64,000 nt of DNA, from contig NC_043007.1 in NCBI RefSeq assembly GCF_006345805.1, forward strand, positions 66,154,001 to 66,218,000. The letters run 5' to 3'. The position numbers and the translations under genes were made by a program. Under the pieces are notes generated by a model. It was not told where the DNA came from. It ran no database searches and saw only the letters and a list, made by a program, of their open reading frames with translations. Below are positions 1 through 13,815 of this stretch, piece after piece (within the stretch, counting starts at the first letter, position 1; each line of letters starts with the position of its first letter). This DNA comes from Octopus sinensis. Taxonomy: Eukaryota.

Positions 1-869
1 ATGTGTCTTTAATGGAGCTGCAATCCTAGGTTATGTGATGACCAAGACTGGTTCTTGAAATTTACGCAGACGCTCCCAGATCTGTATTTGTTAAGCAATG
101 CAGTTGCTGGAACTTCCAGCCTGTTGCGCTGTTTAGAGGAATAGCGAGAAAAAAATTTACTCCGGAAGACTATGAACAATTTCCAGTAAACAATGACTTT
201 CATTGCTGCTGTAATTTCAATGCCTGTTCGAGTCAAACTCTACATGCATGGAAATAATTCTGTATTTGCCTATAGGTTTGGCAAGCTAAAGTCTAGTTAT
301 ACTTCAACTCAAAATGTAGTGGACCTCTGACCAACGTGTTGACGACACTGTCAGAGGTTTTTTCACGAATGGAGTAGCATAGAGTTTATCCCTCGCACCA
401 CGCTGTACAAACACTACTACCACCACAACATCACCAACAACGTAAATGACAAAATCAGACAAACTCACAATCATGACTATGGCTCAAACAGATCATTTAA
501 AAAAAAGAACTAGAAAAATCACAATAACTAGTGTAAATGCAACAGGTAACAACTACTACAACCATATCAACAACAAAAATACACACAAACCAACAGCAAA
601 AGCAAATTGACAAATTTGAGGAAAATCGAGCATATAATCGATTGAGTACACGAAACAAAACATAAAAATATAAACAGTAAATGGAGAGGATTTGACAAAT
701 TCAACAGGTAATCAACAGACGTTACAAATGCTTAGAAATAAAGTTATAAAGCCTATGCAATGTTGAAAAGGTCAGTTTGGGTGTCCTGGAAGGTAGTTTT
801 CTTTATTGCTCTGGATATAAGCTTAAATTAAGTCCACTTTCTTTTATGTTTCAAAAATTACTGTCGGTT

Positions 870-1165
870 GCGAAAATAGATACAGCCTGGGGTTGTCTTC
901 GAATTCACATCTTTATCGATTTCATTTTACCAGTTTTAGATGCGGTAGCCATTACCGAGACTAAGATTTCGAAAATGCATGCACTCACACCCATCATTGA
1001 CAACTACGAAATGTACACAACTGTCGATCAAACGTGATGGAGTGGAATGATAGTGTTGTCTACGGAATGATTAGAACACGAAATATGAACGATATTCTTG
1101 AATTCAGATAAGGTGTTGGACGAGAACAGCAGCGAGGACAATGCTTCCAGTTTAGTAACTGTATG
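870..1165 (+). mobile_element. Degenerate L1/Tx1-like ORF2 AP-endonuclease fragment
   Basis: Translation LDAVAITETKIS..ALTPIIDNYEMY...TIFLNSD..VLD...SLVTVC with stops resembles the N-terminal APE motifs (DxxAIxET) of L1/Tx1 ORF2. Confidence 0.5.
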
Positions 1166-1406
1166 TGTGAGTGTATGTGGTTTATCCAGTTTGTGTTTAA
1201 AATTTTTAATTATGGTGTTTTATATAATCTCTTATTTATTCTGCGTGTCTATGTTAATATTTTAATATGTTCAGTGCCTGACGTCATTACACCTTACGGC
1301 TTTGTATAACTTTGTCTATTTTTCCCCCCACATATTTAAGCATTTCCCTCTAAAGCATCGTATCTGTATGTATGTAAAATCTCTTGCAGCCATAGCAGGG
1401 TGAAGG

Positions 1407-1535
1407 GCTGGCAGAATCGTTAGAGTGTCGAAAACAAAAATGCCTTGCGGTATTTCTTTCGACGCTTTACATTGTGAGTTCAAGCCCTGCCGAAGTCCAC
1501 TTGGCTTTTAATCCTTTCGGGCTCAGTAAAATAAG
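1407..1535 (+). mobile_element. SINE family A (gctggcagaa... head), partial
   Basis: Similar to other copies in the window (13631, 30475); B-box-like GAGTTCAAGCC. Confidence 0.75.
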
Positions 1536-1870
1536 GTGTGATTTCGGTCGAATTACAACGTAGAGATTTCCTAGTAAACACGTGGAATGTAAGTTAAAAT
1601 GATGTAGATCGGCGTTGGCACATATTAATCCAGAGGCAAGTTCTTAGGAGTGTTCATGAGGTTGATTTACAGTTAAAAGTAGCCCTTCATCAAAGAAAGG
1701 AAGAGGGGGGAGGTCTGAGAAAGAAAGAGCGAGATGGAGAGGGAGAGATTAGGAGAGAGAAAGAAACAGAGCATGCAGAGGTGTTGTTATTTCCTTTTTT
1801 ACTTCTGTGGGAAGTAAAATATTAAACTTGTGATATTCAAGGCATTCTATACATTTGCATAAACTGCTAA

Positions 1871-2025
1871 CCCAGTGCGTAACTAGTACTTAATTTATCG
1901 ACCCCGAAAGGATGAAAGGCAAAGTCGACCTCAGCGGAATTTGAACCCAGAACACTTAACGGCAGACGAAATACGGCTACGCATTTCGCCCGGCGTGCTA
2001 ACGTTTCTGCCAGCTCGCCGCCTTA
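1871..2025 (-). mobile_element. SINE family A
   Basis: Near-identical to 14545-14695 (cccagtgcgtaact...gaaaggatgaaaggcaaagtcgacctc...tgccagctcgccgcctt). Confidence 0.85.
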
Positions 2026-2444
2026 AAAGTCCTATATATATAAGAGATACGGATAGTCACCGTTGAAATTACTTTGCTGGGCGTAAACACTAAAGCTAAT
2101 TTCGATGAGGGCCGTCGAGAAAGAGACCTCAACTAAAAATAATAGCTAAATATCCTTTAAGTTGCAGCCTCCTGCCTTAAAGGCAGCAACAGCATACAAG
2201 GTAATGTGGGTTCGGAGAGAATGTCTCGAAGAAAAGACGAAATAATCATGAACTAAGCACTTTTGATTACAGGTCCGTTCGTTCCAGTAGAGCTGTCCTA
2301 AAGCTAAAATGACATTATTTTCAGTACTTCATTGTTTTAGAGTACAATTCTTGGTGATTGTAATCGATGGTCAACGTTTTATTTATTATTCCAGAGATTG
2401 CCGCCCTCTTAGCAGGGCGGGGGATTCATCTAATAATGCATGTA

Positions 2445-2680
<236 letters not shown>

Positions 2681-2849
2681 TGTATGCTCGTGTGTATATC
2701 ATAAAATCGGCATGATTTGTAGTTAAAGGAAATCTCAAAAACACCATCATCATCAACATTGACACCATCATAACCATTATGATCATCATCACTGTCGTCG
2801 TCGTCGTCTTCATCATCACAGTTATTTAAAGACTAAAAACAAAAGACAA

Positions 2850-2904
<55 letters not shown>

Positions 2905-3494
2905 GTGATAATAATAATAAAGAGTATAAGGTTGCCTTACGGGATGATGAATGAATCTTATGTTTTACAGAGCCACAAACAAGCAACCCCGTAGAAACGA
3001 ACAAACAAATAATCAAATACAGAAATACACAAACAAATAAATAAATAAATAATAAATAAATAAATAAGTAAACAACATTACATTGTATTACAAACGACAA
3101 TATATCAGCAGCGACGACGACAAAACCAACTACAACTGCACAACAACAGCAACAACAGAACCAAGCAGGTTTTAAACAACAAAGATGGCCTCCTTTGACT
3201 TACACCCAAACGCGATCGTTACCTTGATTCACAATGGCAAAGCACGTGTTCCGAGAATCTATTTTATTTTCTCAGATTTTATTTAGTTATTGTGTTGTTT
3301 TTTTTTTTGTATTTATTCACTTATTGTCACCTTTCTGTGTGTGTGTGTGTCGCAAGCGCTTTTTCGCTCTTTTCTACCAGGTCTATTCTGACTCTCTACT
3401 TCTGGCTCTCCTTCACTCTCTGCCCCTAAATATCTCTCTACCTCTCTCCCTCTCTCAATTTATCTCACTATCTATTTATCAACATTTTTATTTA

Positions 3495-3511
3495 CCTATC
3501 TCTCTCTCACC

Positions 3512-3586
<75 letters not shown>

Positions 3587-3682
3587 ACTATCTATCTGTT
3601 TGTCTGTCTGTCTGTTTATCTAGCTGTCTGTCTGTCTGTCTCTGTCTATCTCTTTCACTACTCTTCCTCCTCCTTATCTATC

Positions 3683-3767
<85 letters not shown>

Positions 3768-3770
3768 CTA
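3495..3770. repeat. (CTAT)n/(CTGT)n microsatellite
   Basis: Seen directly. Confidence 0.95.
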
Positions 3771-4761
3771 CCTCCCTTACTCTGTTTCTACTTGTACCGC
3801 CTCTCTCTCTCTCTCTCACTCACTCTTTCTCTCTTCCTTCCACTCTCCACTATAACTTCTCTTCTCCTGCCTCTCTACCCGTTTCACTGCCTCACTCTCC
3901 CCCTCTTACTCTCTAATTCTCACTCTCAAACTTCACTCTCCCACTTCCTTACTCTTCCTCCTCCCCTATCTCTCTCTTACTTTCTACCGTCTTTCCCTCC
4001 CATTCCTTAACTATCTATACCTTTCGCTACCTCTATATCTCCCTCTTTCTCTCACTCCCAGGACATACCTTTCATCTTGCCTCACTGTAATTTTCGACTA
4101 TATATATCCTCTTTCCTTCCATCTCTCTCTCGTCTCTTTGTCTCCTTCTCTCTCTCTCTCTCGCTTTGTCTCCTTCTCTCTCTCCCTCTCTCCCCCTCTC
4201 TCTCTCTTCTCTTCCTCTCTACTAAACCTTACATCGTCTTTGCTCTTGCGATCACGGACAATAAAGAAAAGGTTACTTTCACTTTCACTCTCTAAGCCAC
4301 CACCTTTATTGGCCTTACATATACAAGGAAGTGGGGAGTTACGACAGTGTATTAATTGTTGCCATGGTGGTGGCGACGGTAAGGGTGGCAGTGGCTGTGA
4401 TGGCATTGGTGGTGCTCATGGTCGTGGTGGTGGTCATGGTGGTGATAGTAGTGGTTGTGGTGGTAGTGTTGGTGGAGTGTGTTGGTGGAGTGTGTCGTTG
4501 ACGGTATAGTTTAGAATATATTAGTAATAGTGGTAGTAGCTGCAGGATGTATAAAAAACGATGATGATGATGATGATGATGATGGTGATGACAACGACGA
4601 CGATGATAATGACGACGATGATGATGATTGTAGTGGTAGTGTTGTTGGTGGTGGTGGTGGTGGTCGTGTTAAGAGTAACAGGATGAGAAAGGTGAGTGAT
4701 AACGAAGATGGTGACATCGTGTATGTGTGTATGCATATATGCGTGTATATACATACAAACA

Positions 4762-4832
<71 letters not shown>

Positions 4833-5087
4833 CGTATATTGTGTTGGTGTGTGTGTATGTGTGCTTAGAGTGTGTTAGTGCGAACGAGAGTGTGTAGTGA
4901 CGCTGTTTATGTACACGCCGACGTACAAGATTGCATGTATATCGGCTGTTAGTGCACGTGTTCGAATATCTGTCTGTGTACATATGTGCGTGGTATGTAT
5001 TTGAGTGTTTATGCATGTAAATGTGTGTAGGAGAGTGTGCATGTGAATATAAATGTGTCTGTGTATGCATGTGTGTGTGTGTATGTA

Positions 5088-5132
<45 letters not shown>

Positions 5133-5152
5133 AGTGCGTGTTGATGAGTTAC

Positions 5153-5208
5153 CAGATTTGGTTAATTTTTCTGTGAGTGCTACATTAATTGTCATTAAGT
5201 ATTTTTGC
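5153..5208 (-). CDS. Candidate 56-nt exon of an unidentified minus-strand gene (QKYLMTINVALTEKLTKS)
   Basis: Acceptor ttatctcttcgcag|G, donor CTG|gtaact; only one frame open (phase 2 in, phase 1 out); unique sequence between microsatellites. Confidence 0.4.
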
Positions 5209-5379
5209 CTGCGAAGAGATAATTCACCAGATTGAGTTGAATAAAGACTATCAAATCCCCCTCTTCCTATCACCACCTCCACAAGACCACCACCTCCATA
5301 CTTCCCATCCTTACTCTTCTTGCCTCCTCTCACTACAACCTGCGTTTCTGTTCTTTCTGCGTTTCTTTTCTTACCACTT

Positions 5380-5799
5380 CTTCTTCTCCTCTTTATCCTC
5401 CTTCTCCTCCGCCATTTTCTTCTTCTTTTTCTTCTTCTTCTTCTTCTTTTCTTCTTCTTCTTCTTCTTCTTCTTCTTTTTCTCTTTTCTTCTTTTTCTTT
5501 TCTTCTTCTCTTCTTCTTCTTCTTCTTCTTTCTTCTTTTTCTTTTCTTCTTCTTCTTCTTCTTCTTCTTCTCTTTCTTCTTCTTTTACTATTTCGCCTCA
5601 TTCTTTTTCATCATCTCTCACTTCTTTTCTTCCTTTTCCCCTCCGCCTCGTCTACTTCTATTTCTTATCATCACCATCATCATCATCTTCATATTTAATT
5701 ATTAGCATTTGTTACTTTGGTGTGCAATATTAATATTATTAATATCGCTGATATTTCCAGCAGCAGCAGCAGCACAGCAGCAGCAGCAGTAGTAGTAGT

Positions 5800-5833
<34 letters not shown>

Positions 5834-5999
5834 GTGGTGGTGATGGTGGTGGTGGTGGTGGTGGTGGTGTAGCTTTTCGGCTCAAGTAATTATCCTACTG
5901 AAAAAAAGAATGACAATGAATGCAAAAAACACAATATATAATAATAATAATAATAATATAATAATATATAATAATAATGATAATAATAAAATAATAATA

Positions 6000-6059
<60 letters not shown>

Positions 6060-6070
6060 TAATAATAAAT
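5380..6070. repeat. Compound (TTC)n, (CAG/TAG/GGT)n and (TAA)n microsatellites
   Basis: Seen directly. Confidence 0.95.
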
Positions 6071-6515
6071 GACGGAGTTGAGAGAGGGAGAGGGAGAGAA
6101 AGAGAGAGATAAAAAGTCTCAGAGGCTAAGGCTTAAGTAAAAAAAAGATAAAGAAAAAAAGTAGGGGGTGGGGTTGAAGAATATGGAACTGAAAAAAATA
6201 TTTATAGAAATAAATAAACGAAGAAATAAATAAATTATAATTATTTTAATTGGTATGGAATGAATTGAAAGAAATACTGCAAAGAAAATGGTTTCAAGAA
6301 ATGTTAAGACATAAAAAAAAAAAATGGAAATAAAAAAAATATGAAAGCTAAAAAAAAAAAATGAATGATTGTGGAGTATCGGGGTGAGGGTAGGATAGAA
6401 GGAATTGAAGGAAATTTTATTATGAAGGAAATAAAATGAAAATGCTCATGGAATCTTCGGGAATAATAAAGAAAGTATCAATAAGATTTGAAGTAGTCAG
6501 GCACACAGAAAGAGA

Positions 6516-6551
<36 letters not shown>

Positions 6552-6780
6552 GAGGTTGAAAAAGAGAAAAAAGATTAAGTGAGATAGAGAGAGTGAGGGA
6601 GGGGGGAGAGAGGGAGAGAGATGGAAGGAAGGGATGGAAGGGAGAGGAGGTGGGGAAACGAAGTTATAAATTATTTACATGGATTTATCCCCTCAGTCCG
6701 GGGGTTTTCTAGTGTAATTTGTAAATTGCCGGAGAAATACTTGTTTGCACAGCAATCTCGTCCGCCATCATGTCTTTCCC

Positions 6781-6817
<37 letters not shown>

Positions 6818-7107
6818 CTCTCTCTACCCACCTCTCACCTATTTTCTCTTCTTTTTTGCTGCCTTTTACTACTACGCATGCACACGAAAGTACACAAACC
6901 AACATTTTATCCACCCGCCCCGCCCCCCACACACACAAACACACACATACAAACACACACATACAAACACACACACTCACACAGCCCTACAAATACACGC
7001 ATGCATACACACACTGATATACAGATGAAAAGACACGCATGCAAACACACATTGACATAGCCGTATTATCGCAGATCATGAGTAGATAATGGCATAAACA
7101 CACACAC

Positions 7108-7145
<38 letters not shown>

Positions 7146-7714
7146 CACGCACACACACGCACACACACACATGCGCTCACATACATACTCGCACACAGAC
7201 AAGAAAAAGGTGGGACTGGGTGAATAAGTAGTCCGTTGTCCAAAAGAAAAAAAAGGGAGATAATAAATACATTGTTAAAAAAATGAATTTGGTTGGTGAG
7301 GGCAGTGATTCATATTTCTTTGTGGTGTTAGGGAAGGCGAGGAGTGAGTTAAATCGTAGGAAAGATACAGATAAGAAAATTAAAAAAGTAAAGGGAGTGC
7401 AATGTAACAGCTACAAAAATGCTACAAACACAAACACACGCGCACACACAGGAAACTAAATGAGTGGTAGTATAAAGGTGGTGGAAGGTGATATGAGAGC
7501 GGGGAGTGGGTTCGGGGTGGAGGTAAAAAACAAAAAGTATGAGAAGGAGAAAGTGAAAGTAAAATATGATAAAACAGAAGGTCAAGATATATAGAGGCTA
7601 TAGACAATTATATGTATTAAAGATGGCATAGAATGAAGGGTGGAGAAGGCGGATGAAGGGAAGTGTGTGAGTGAGGAGGAAAAAATATACGTATGCTAGG
7701 GAAGAAATACGTTG

Positions 7715-7727
7715 ATGGTGATGTTGT

Positions 7728-7783
<56 letters not shown>

Positions 7784-8070
7784 TTGAAGATGATGATGAT
7801 GATGATGACGACGACGACGACGATGATGATGATGGTGGTGGTGATGATGATGATGATGACGACGACGACGACGACGATGATGATGATGATGATGATGCAA
7901 GTGGTTGGTGCTGGTGATGCTAACGATAGTGTTGTTTCCGTTGCTTTTGATGATGATAACGCTGCCGCTGCTTCTGATGGTGATGATGATCATGATAATG
8001 AAGATGATCATGATGATAATGATGACGATAATGACGATGATGATGACGCCCAAATAACGACGACGACGAT
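7715..8070. repeat. (GAT/GAC)n microsatellite
   Basis: Seen directly; source of the poly-D/M/H pseudo-ORFs. Confidence 0.95.
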
Positions 8071-8406
8071 GATATAGTGGCAACACCAATAGGAAGAATA
8101 TACATTTCGAAGGAATGTTGGTAAAATAGAAGAAAGAAAAAAAGGGACAAAGAAAAGAAATAATAATTAGAAGCAAAAATTGTGCAAATAAAAAAACAAA
8201 ACGGTGATAAGCAAAGGCAATGTAATTTTAGTGGGAAAATAAGAGAAGAATGAGGTGGAGGTAACTCTATGCATTACAGTTTGTGAGCATATAAATACAT
8301 ACACACACACACACACTCACATATACATACATGAATACATACATACTCACACACACGCATGCATATATGTATGTATATACATATATATGTATACATATAT
8401 ACATAA

Positions 8407-8454
<48 letters not shown>

Positions 8455-8638
8455 ATATATGTATATATATATATTATTTATATATATACATAATACATAT
8501 ATATATACACACACATATATATGTATGTATATATAAACATATATGTATGCTTATATGAGTGTGCATGTGTATGTATAGATACACATATATACATATATAC
8601 ATACATACATGCATGCATATATACATACATGCATTCAT

Positions 8639-8683
<45 letters not shown>

Positions 8684-9699
8684 TATGTATGTATGTGTAT
8701 ATATACATATATATATATATACATATATATATATTTGTTTAGTTGGCAGACGATGGCGAGACGCTGAAGCAGTAATAGCATGGATTCATTAGCATACCAC
8801 AGGGTTTTTGTCCGTGTCCTTGGCAGTAATCACCCCAAGAGTTTACATATGTGTGTAAGATATGCAGAGAGGGAGAGAAAGAGACAATTAGAGCAAGGGA
8901 CAAACAGATAGACCAAATGAGATAGAGAGAGGTGGTCTTGGGGCTAGTGAGAAACACAGTCAATTACAGATTGAATGAGTGAGGCAATGGGATTAAATAT
9001 GGCGTCGTAGTTCCTTATTTGATTTTTTTTTTGTATTTTGTTTGTAATGTTTGTAATGTTTGTTGTTGCGGTTGTTGTTATTGTTAGTTTTGTTGTTTTA
9101 TCATTTACATGCTCAGGTGTTTATTTTCAAGCACGTCTTTCGTTTGTCCGTATATCTTTTTCCGTGCTCGTTATGTTTTATGCGCTATTTTGTGGCATCA
9201 TGGCGTGTCTATGAATTGTAATAGCTCCAGGACAGATTTCTACTTATCTTTCCGCCCGTCCGTTTACCCATCCGCCCGCCTGCTCGCCTGCCCACCCGAC
9301 CGCCCGACCGCCCGACGTTGTCAAGCAAAAAAAAAACAACAACTCGAAAACAAAGAAGGAACGAAAAAGAAAAAAACAAATATGAAATAAAATAAGGAAG
9401 AAAAGCCCACACATGAAAAAATAATAATAAATCAGTCATCGATTAGGCTTCGGTGGCATCAATTTTGTTTTTTGATGGCTAAATGGGTGAAACAATTGTT
9501 CGTTCACAAAGCTGTAGTTATAGTTGTTGTTGTTTAACCCCAGGTGGCCTCTGACTAATCATGAGATCTACGATCAGTAACGGTAAAAATAAGAATATCG
9601 CATTTTATTTTATTTTATCTCTTTTGGCTTGTTTCAGTTTCTGAGTTGCGTCGATGCCGAGGCACAACCATGAAGAGTTATAGTGCAACGAATCGATCC

Positions 9700-9822
9700 C
9701 CAGTAGCTATTATTCTTTCTAACCCTTGTGTTTATCTTATCGATGTCTTTTGCGAATAGATATGTTGCGGGGTCGTAAACAAACCGACACTGGTTGTCAA
9801 GTGGTGCTGGGGAACAAACGCA

Positions 9823-9867
<45 letters not shown>

Positions 9868-9995
9868 CTGTAGTGGCACTCCATCGGTTACGATGACGAG
9901 GGTTCCAGTTGATCCGATCAACGGAACACAATTTTGCCACGTACTCATTTTTGCTAGTTGAGTGGACAGGAGCAGCGTGAAATAAAATGTCTTGC
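9700..9995 (-). mobile_element. SINE family C, partial, inverted relative to the 10032 copy
   Basis: ggttccagttgatccgatcaacggaaca is the reverse complement of 10288-10315; carries the cttgcccaaggacaca core. Confidence 0.7.
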
Positions 9996-10031
9996 CCAAG
10001 GACACAATGTGTGTGTGTGTGCGTGTGTGTG

Positions 10032-10315
10032 GGTTAAGGCGCGTGGCTTACTGATTCGGGTATTCTGTTAACGATTGTAAGGTCATGAGCTCAATTCCCG
10101 GCGACGCATTGTCTCCTTGAGCAAGACACATTATTCCACTCAGCTGGCAAAAATGAGGTGAACCTGTATTTCAAAGGGCCAGCTTTGTCACACTCTATGT
10201 CACGCTGAATGTCCCCGAGAACTACGTTAAGGGTACAGGTGTCTGTGGAATAGTCATCCACATGGACGTTAATTTCACGAGATGGTTGTTCCGTTGATCG
10301 GATCAACTGGAACCG
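10032..10315 (+). mobile_element. tRNA-derived SINE family C
   Basis: B-box-like gagctcaattccc followed by the ccttgagcaagacac central motif shared with the 29405 copy. Confidence 0.7.
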
Positions 10316-10327
10316 ACTGAGTGACAG

Positions 10328-10403
<76 letters not shown>

Positions 10404-10423
10404 TATCTATCTATCTATCAATC

Positions 10424-10504
<81 letters not shown>

Positions 10505-10663
10505 ACACACATATACACATATACATACATGAACGGCAACGGGAAATTCAAAGTAACAGGTTTTGTTGAATTTTCTGCTGCTTTAAATAAAGCATATTAC
10601 TCTACCACTGGTATTTGAGTACTCTTTTTTCCACCTTGTTTCACATTTATGTGTTTACTCTCC

Positions 10664-10735
<72 letters not shown>

Positions 10736-10819
10736 TCTATGTATGTATGCATGTATTATGTATGTTCATAATATATATATATATATATATAAAAAGGGGA
10801 TGTGGAACACGAGTTGTGA

Positions 10820-11148
10820 TATATAAAAAAGGAAATGAAGAAATGCTGACAAATAATTTAAGTAATTTAAGTAATTTAATTAGGTGAAAGTTCTTTTTAC
10901 GGTTGCGCATTTGTTATGCTTATCAAAAGATAATTTTTTAAAGAGAGATAGAGTTCTTTTCTGATAGATTTTTTCCTCTTATCTGATAAGAGGAAAAAAT
11001 CTATCAGAAAAGAACTCTATCTCTCTTTAAAAAATTATCTTTTGATAAGCATAACAAATGCGCAACCGGTAAAAAGAACTTTCACCTAATTAAATTACTT
11101 AAATTACTTAAATTATTTTGTCAGCATTTTCTTCATTTCCTTTTATAT
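10820..11148. repeat. Near-perfect ~330-bp palindrome (~165-bp arms, 1-nt spacer at 10984)
   Basis: Centre cctcttatc-t-gataagagg; arms match out to tataaaaa(a)ggaaatgaag / cttcatttccttttata with only a few indels; TA-rich flanks. Confidence 0.95.
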
Positions 11149-11170
11149 ATATATATATATATTATATACA

Positions 11171-11280
11171 GAGTGGATGTGTGGTAAGAAGCTTGCTTAT
11201 CAACCACATGGTTTCGGTTTCTGTCCCACTACGTGACACCTTGGACAAGTGTCTTCTACTATAGCCTCGGGCCGACCAAA
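11171..11280 (+). mobile_element. SINE family B, 3'-truncated at the adjacent L1-like remnant
   Basis: Matches the 5' part of 32342-32725 and stops at ggccgaccaaa. Confidence 0.8.
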
Positions 11281-13218
11281 CTAGGAACTTTCAATAAAAC
11301 TGAGGCTTTTTAACCTCTTATCCATATTCCTCCCCAATATTGCTTGTGACCCCATCCTCCGCCATCATCCACGCCTCATTCAAGCACAAGGCGGGTGCCG
11401 TGTTGGCGTCGTCCGACCATAAGCGATATTCTTCGTTGAGTACCTGCAGCGTACGCAACGCAGGCAACGTTATGACCCACACAGATACCTGCGGAGGCAA
11501 TTTAGGATCCCGTGTGCAGGCTAAAGGCCTTATCGTGCTTTTCCAACACCTTCTCCATTTCTCTGCCTCTGTAGAAGAAGACCAATAATCCGTCTTCTTC
11601 CGGGGACGAGGTAGTCACCTCTACTGTCGGCGGTACAATTCCCACCGACAGCATCTCTTCCCCTGCCAGTGGCACAACTCCCATTGATGAGGTTCCGGGA
11701 CATTCCGGTACTATGTTACCGACTGCCGGAAATGTCCCGTTTGTCTTCCTCTGTTTTTCTTCTCACCTGAGGGAGGGTGCGTCTCCTCCGTGACTCGGAT
11801 ATTCACCTCCCCTCCCTCATCCCTAGGATCCTTCGATGAGTACCCATTGTTACTCATCTTCTTCCTCTTGTGGCCTTTCTTTGAGGAGTCATCCGCCTCC
11901 TCGGCCGCCTTCATTCCCTCTTCTACAGAGGTCTCAACCAACTGCTCCAGGACCTTACTTTGTTCCTGGGGAAGTTTTTCTTTACATGGCCAGGGTCTAG
12001 GCACTGATGACACCTGGATGGGGGGTACCCTCAAGAAACTATCGGTACCTGCACCCGGCCATTTTCAAAAAATCTGGAAAAACCAAATTGACTGATTGGG
12101 TCCACAGGGTCAAAACAGCTTTTGCCCCAACCCAATCAGCCGCAGGAAAAACCTTCACGTTAAGGAACTTGGCTCCGCTGCTATCCAGACCCCAGCGGAT
12201 AGTCTCCTCTATCCACTCGAGTTTTATCTCGGGTGGCAACCCGCAGACCCAAGCTCTTGTCAACCTCTTTCCACAATATGTGGGAAGAAACAAATTTTCT
12301 TTGCCTTCTAAGAGCTGGCTCGCAAATTTATGAGCCTCTTCAGGGATGTCAAATAGCAACCACACCGTTGCGTATTTGACCCTGCCCCCTGGAAATGAAT
12401 TTAATATTTGGCAGATAGTCCACCAACTCTTTTTAAATCATAGTCTTTTCAAATATGGCGATGGTGTCGAGCGACTTGGAGTAAGTCCTCAACACCATCG
12501 TCCTCTCTTCGAAGTCTTTCAACCACTGTTTGAGGGGCACAAATTCCCACTCCACAATATTGTCCATGTTCTTTGCCATGCTGTTTTCTTTTTAAATTAA
12601 AAGTCCAAAAACAGCTCACAATAAAATTCAAATAATGAAGGAAGAAAAAGAGAGAAATCAAATAGAGAGTCTCAACAAAAAGGCGGGAAGAAATAAATAA
12701 ACAGTTCAATAGAGAAAGTCACAAACAAAAGATAGAAGAAAAGAGAACAACAGTTAAAAAAAAACACAGCAAAAATTCTTCTGGCCACTCCAGGCCTTAT
12801 TTGGTACTTCAATTTGGACCTGGAACACCACAACTTGGAACACAGCTTTTCACAAAAATTGGTAAAAGTTGTTGTATCTTCGTTGAATTCTAAAAAACAC
12901 TATTCACTAAAAATGAACAAATTTTGGAAGCGAAATACGCCCCAACAATTCTCAAAATTAAGTGAGAAAAACACTATTCACTAAAAGTGAACAAATTTTG
13001 GAAGCAGGATACGCCCCCAAACAATAATTCTCACAATTAAGTGATAAAAAATATTCACTCAACTGCAGGCAGACTAGAGTTTTGAATCCAGTGTGGACTT
13101 CTTGATGGTACAAAAATAATTATCGCAAACAACAAACCCCCACTAGACCCAAAAAACAATAGTCTTACCTTACAGTAGAGCTTCTTTTACAATCAATTCT
13201 CGTCTGCTGCAAGCCAGC
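11281..13218 (-). mobile_element. L1/Tx1-like remnant: 5' UTR plus disrupted ORF1 (ATG 12579 to stop 11318), no ORF2
   Basis: Frames stitch to MAKNMDNIVEWEF...LFLPTYCGKRLTRAWVCGLPPEIKLEW...RCHQCLDPGHVKKNF. This is a CX2CX4HX4(C>F) zinc knuckle at 11971-12012; stops and frameshifts are present. 5' boundary approximate. Confidence 0.65.
12893..13060. repeat. ~75-bp tandem repeat (2.2 copies) in the L1-like 5' UTR
   Basis: aaaaacactattcactaaaa(a/g)tgaacaaattttggaagc recurs at 12893 and 12967. Confidence 0.85.
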
Positions 13219-13630
13219 ATGACGACTTTAGTCACTGGTACGCACAAACAACACTTACAACACGCATGCGCAGGGGAGCAAGCTTCTTGCCACACAACCA
13301 TGCCTGCGCCTATTCCTTTATTTATTTTGGGGTGTGGAGACGAGAGAATGTATAATACACACAGAGAACATCAATCAACACACATACACAGATACAATAT
13401 CTAACACAAACATACAGGCACGCATACACACATAAGCATGAAAATAAACACATGCATATATACAAACACACACACACACACTAAGTGGGACTGAACCTGG
13501 AACCATATGGTTGAGAAGCAAGCTTCTTACCACACAGCCACGACTATGGTTTTTTTAATTCAGGGACCATTAGTGCTACTTTACCCAATGTCTCCCCATT
13601 TAATTTTTCTTTATGATATTATAGCAATGC

Positions 13631-13815
13631 TTAAGGTGTTAAGCTGGCAGAATCGTTAGCACAGCGGACAGAATGTTTAGCAGCATTTTGAGTTCAAATT
13701 CCGTCGAGGTCAACTTTCGGTTTCATCCTCTCGGGGTCGATAAAATGAATAACTGCTGAGCACTGGGGTCAATGTAATCGACCATACCCCTCGCCACAAA
13801 ACTTCAGCCTTTAGT
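13631..13815 (+). mobile_element. SINE family A
   Basis: aagctggcagaatcgttagcac...gagttcaaattccgtcgaggtcaac...ggggtcgataaaat. Confidence 0.8.

Noticed and set aside
42-256. Plus-strand open frame (...QFPVNNDFH...QTL) resembling a Helitron/PIF1 helicase motif
   Set aside because: Motif spacing and residues do not match; no other helicase motifs and no splice support
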